NCBI GenBank assembly: GCA_963708025.1 | Contig: CAVPSB010000012.1 | Location: forward strand, 320,001-384,000 | Direction of reading: 5' to 3' | DNA from: an uncultured Candidatus Rokubacteria bacterium | Lineage (GTDB): Bacteria; Methylomirabilota; Methylomirabilia; Rokubacteriales; DASRDR01 | Length of the DNA stretch: 64,000 nucleotides | Part shown: in pieces, positions 62,005-64,000 of the stretch | How positions within the stretch are numbered: position 1 is the first letter of the stretch | Layout: each line of letters begins with the position of its first letter | Notes under the pieces: generated by a model | Told to the model about the DNA's origin: nothing | Databases searched by the model: none | The model's input: only the letters and a program-made list of their open reading frames with translations | Made by a program: the position numbers and the translations under genes

Positions 62005-63340
62005 GTGCTTGCGCGCCGGATCTCCGGTCTGCTCGTCGCCCTGCTGCTTGGCCTGGCCGTTCAGGCGCGGGCCGCGGATGTCGTCGAGGCGACGCTCGAC
62101 AACGGCCTCCGGGTGCTCCTCCTCGAGGACCACCGGAGCCCGCTGATCACCTCCCAGATCTGGTACCGGGTCGGCTCCCGGAACGAGCGGGTCGGGCTGT
62201 CGGGCCTCTCCCACTACCTCGAGCACATGATGTTCAAGGGGACGCCGAAGTACGGCCCGCGCGTCTACTCGCGGCTCCTGGAAGAGCAGGGCGGCCAGCG
62301 AGAACGCCTTCACCGGCCAGGACGCGACGGTCTACTACGTGACCATCGCCGCCGAGAAGATCGACCTCGTCCTCGACCTCGAGGCCGACCGCATGCGCCA
62401 CCTGCTCCTGGACCCGAAGGAGGTGGACTCGGAGCGGAAGGTGATCATGGAAGAGCGCCGGACGCGGACCGACGACGACCCGGTCGGCGCGCTGGCCGAG
62501 GAGCTGAACGCGATCGCCTTCAAGGCGCACCCCTACCGGATCCCGCCCATCGGATTTGTGACCGACATCCCGCAGCTCACCGCCGAGGACCTCCGGGCCT
62601 GGTACGACACCTACTACCGGCCGAACAACGCGATCCTCGTGCTGGCCGGGGACTTCGCGGCCGCGGAGATGCTGGGGAAGGTGCGGGCGCGCTTCGCCGA
62701 CGTCCCCCGCGGCCCCGATCCGCCGCCGGTCCGGGTCGTGGAGCCCGAGCAGCTCGGCGAGCGCCGGCTGTGGGTGAAGAAGGAGGCGCAGCTTCCGGTC
62801 ATCTTCATCGGCTACCACGCGCCGAACCACCGCGCGCCCGAGTCCTACGCCCTCGACCTCCTCTCCACCGTGCTCTCGGGCGGGCGGGCCTCGCGGCTGT
62901 ACCGGAAGCTCGTCTACGACGAGCGGCTGGCCCTCGACGCCGGTGGGGACTACACGCGGCTCAGCCTCGACCCGGATCTCTTCACCTTCTACGCCACCGT
63001 CCTCCCCGAGAAGACGGTCGAGGAGGTCGAGCGGGCGCTCCTGGGCGAGGTGGAGCGGCTGCGGAAGGAGCCGATCGCCGAGGAGGAGCTGCAGCGCGCC
63101 AAGAACCAGATCGAGGCGGCCTTCGTCTTCCGCCAGGACTCGACGTACGAGCGCGCCGCGACCCTCGGCCGCTACGAGCTGGTCGGGGGCTGGCGGCTCC
63201 GCGAGGACTACCTCCCGAAGGTCCGGGCGGTCACGGCGCCGGAGCTCCAGGAGGCCGCCCGGCGCTACTTCGTCGGCGAGCACCAGACCACCGCGATCCT
63301 CGTCCCCGTCGCCCCCGCTACGTCCGCGCCGGCTCGGTAG
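62005..63340 (+). CDS. M16 (pitrilysin) family zinc peptidase (frameshift near 62298)
   Basis: Signal peptide; TLDNGL, HYLEHMMFKGT, NAFT, EERR and YYRPNNA motifs. TATAAT lies 6 nt before the GTG. Confidence 0.88.
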
Positions 63341-63350
63341 GGTCCGTGCC

Positions 63351-64000
63351 ATGCCCGGTCTCCCGAAGCTCCTGCGCGGTAGCCTCGCCGTGGTGCTGCT
63401 CCTCGTCGTCGGGGCCGGCCTCGGGCTCTGGGCGCTCGCCCGGCGCAGCGGCGCCCCCGCCGAGCTGAAGGTCACCGGGACCATCGAGGCGACGCAGGTC
63501 GAGATCGGCGCGAAGACGACCGCCCGCATCCGCGAGATCCCCGTGGACGAGGGGAGCCGCGTCCGCCGGGGTCAGGTGATCCTGGTCCTGGACCAGGACG
63601 AGCCCCGCGCCGACGTCGCCCGGCTCGAGGCGGCCCTCGGTCTGGCCCGGGCCCAGCTCCGGGACCTCCTGGCCGGCGCCCGCAAGGAGGAGCTCGCCGA
63701 GGCGCAGGCGGCCGTCGCGCGGGCCGAGGCCCAGCTCGCCGACCTCGTGGCCGGCGCCCGGCGCGAGGAGATCCAGGCCGCCCGCCAGGCCGTGGCCCAG
63801 GCGGAGGCGCGGCTCCGGGACCTGGAGGCCGGCGCCCGCGCCCAGGAGATCGAGCAGGCCCGGAGCGCGCTGGCCTCGGCCGAGGCGACGCGCACGATGG
63901 CCGAGCGCGAGTACCATCGCTTCCAGGGCCTCTTCGAGCAGGGCCTGGTGGCGGCCTCGGAGCGCGACCGCGTCTGGCAGGCGTACGAGGTCTCCCGCCA
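63351..64000 (+). CDS. HlyD-family efflux periplasmic adaptor (partial)
   Basis: Not in ORF track; manual translation MPGLPKLL...TM...KVTGTIEATQVEIGAK..ARIREIPVDEGSRVRRGQVILVLD, then AGARxxE[L/I] repeats. Confidence 0.85.
   Translation, partial: MPGLPKLLRGSLAVVLLLVVGAGLGLWALARRSGAPAELKVTGTIEATQVEIGAKTTARIREIPVDEGSRVRRGQVILVLDQDEPRADVARLEAALGLARAQLRDLLAGARKEELAEAQAAVARAEAQLADLVAGARREEIQAARQAVAQAEARLRDLEAGARAQEIEQARSALASAEATRTMAEREYHRFQGLFEQGLVAASERDRVWQAYEVSR

Overview
High-GC bacterial chromosomal window. Multi-GAF kinases, Tat-exported binding proteins, an Os1348/NHLP-like ORF and a DRR-ERR domain suggest a Rokubacteria/Methylomirabilota-like organism (inference only). From left to right: a DUF433/PIN toxin-antitoxin pair; a minus-strand module (GAF-GAF sigma54 activator, Bcr/CflA MFS, then a probable sigma54 operon of NHLP-like small ORF, MFP, RND pump and a CusF-like membrane fusion); a ~23 kb plus-strand catabolic cluster (2-hydroxyacid dehydrogenase, Lrp, Rieske oxygenase, GlnT-type glutamyl ligase, PTE-family and D-aminoacylase-type hydrolases, TPP enzyme, DUF1116, UbiD, three ABC importers); a double beta-barrel OMP; a peptide-type ABC operon; a hydrolase/SDR block; an ~11 kb block bracketed by a full and an internally deleted DUF3830 gene (six-GAF kinase plus regulator, sugar ABC, TauD, YwqG); then MFS, M16 peptidase and a HlyD adaptor. 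Intergenic DNA carries a modular, nested palindromic repeat system built from cGNAg mini-hairpins. Several genes have single-base frameshifts that look like long-read consensus errors. No rRNA, tRNA, CRISPR array or transposase was recognised. All protein calls come from motif reading, not database searches.
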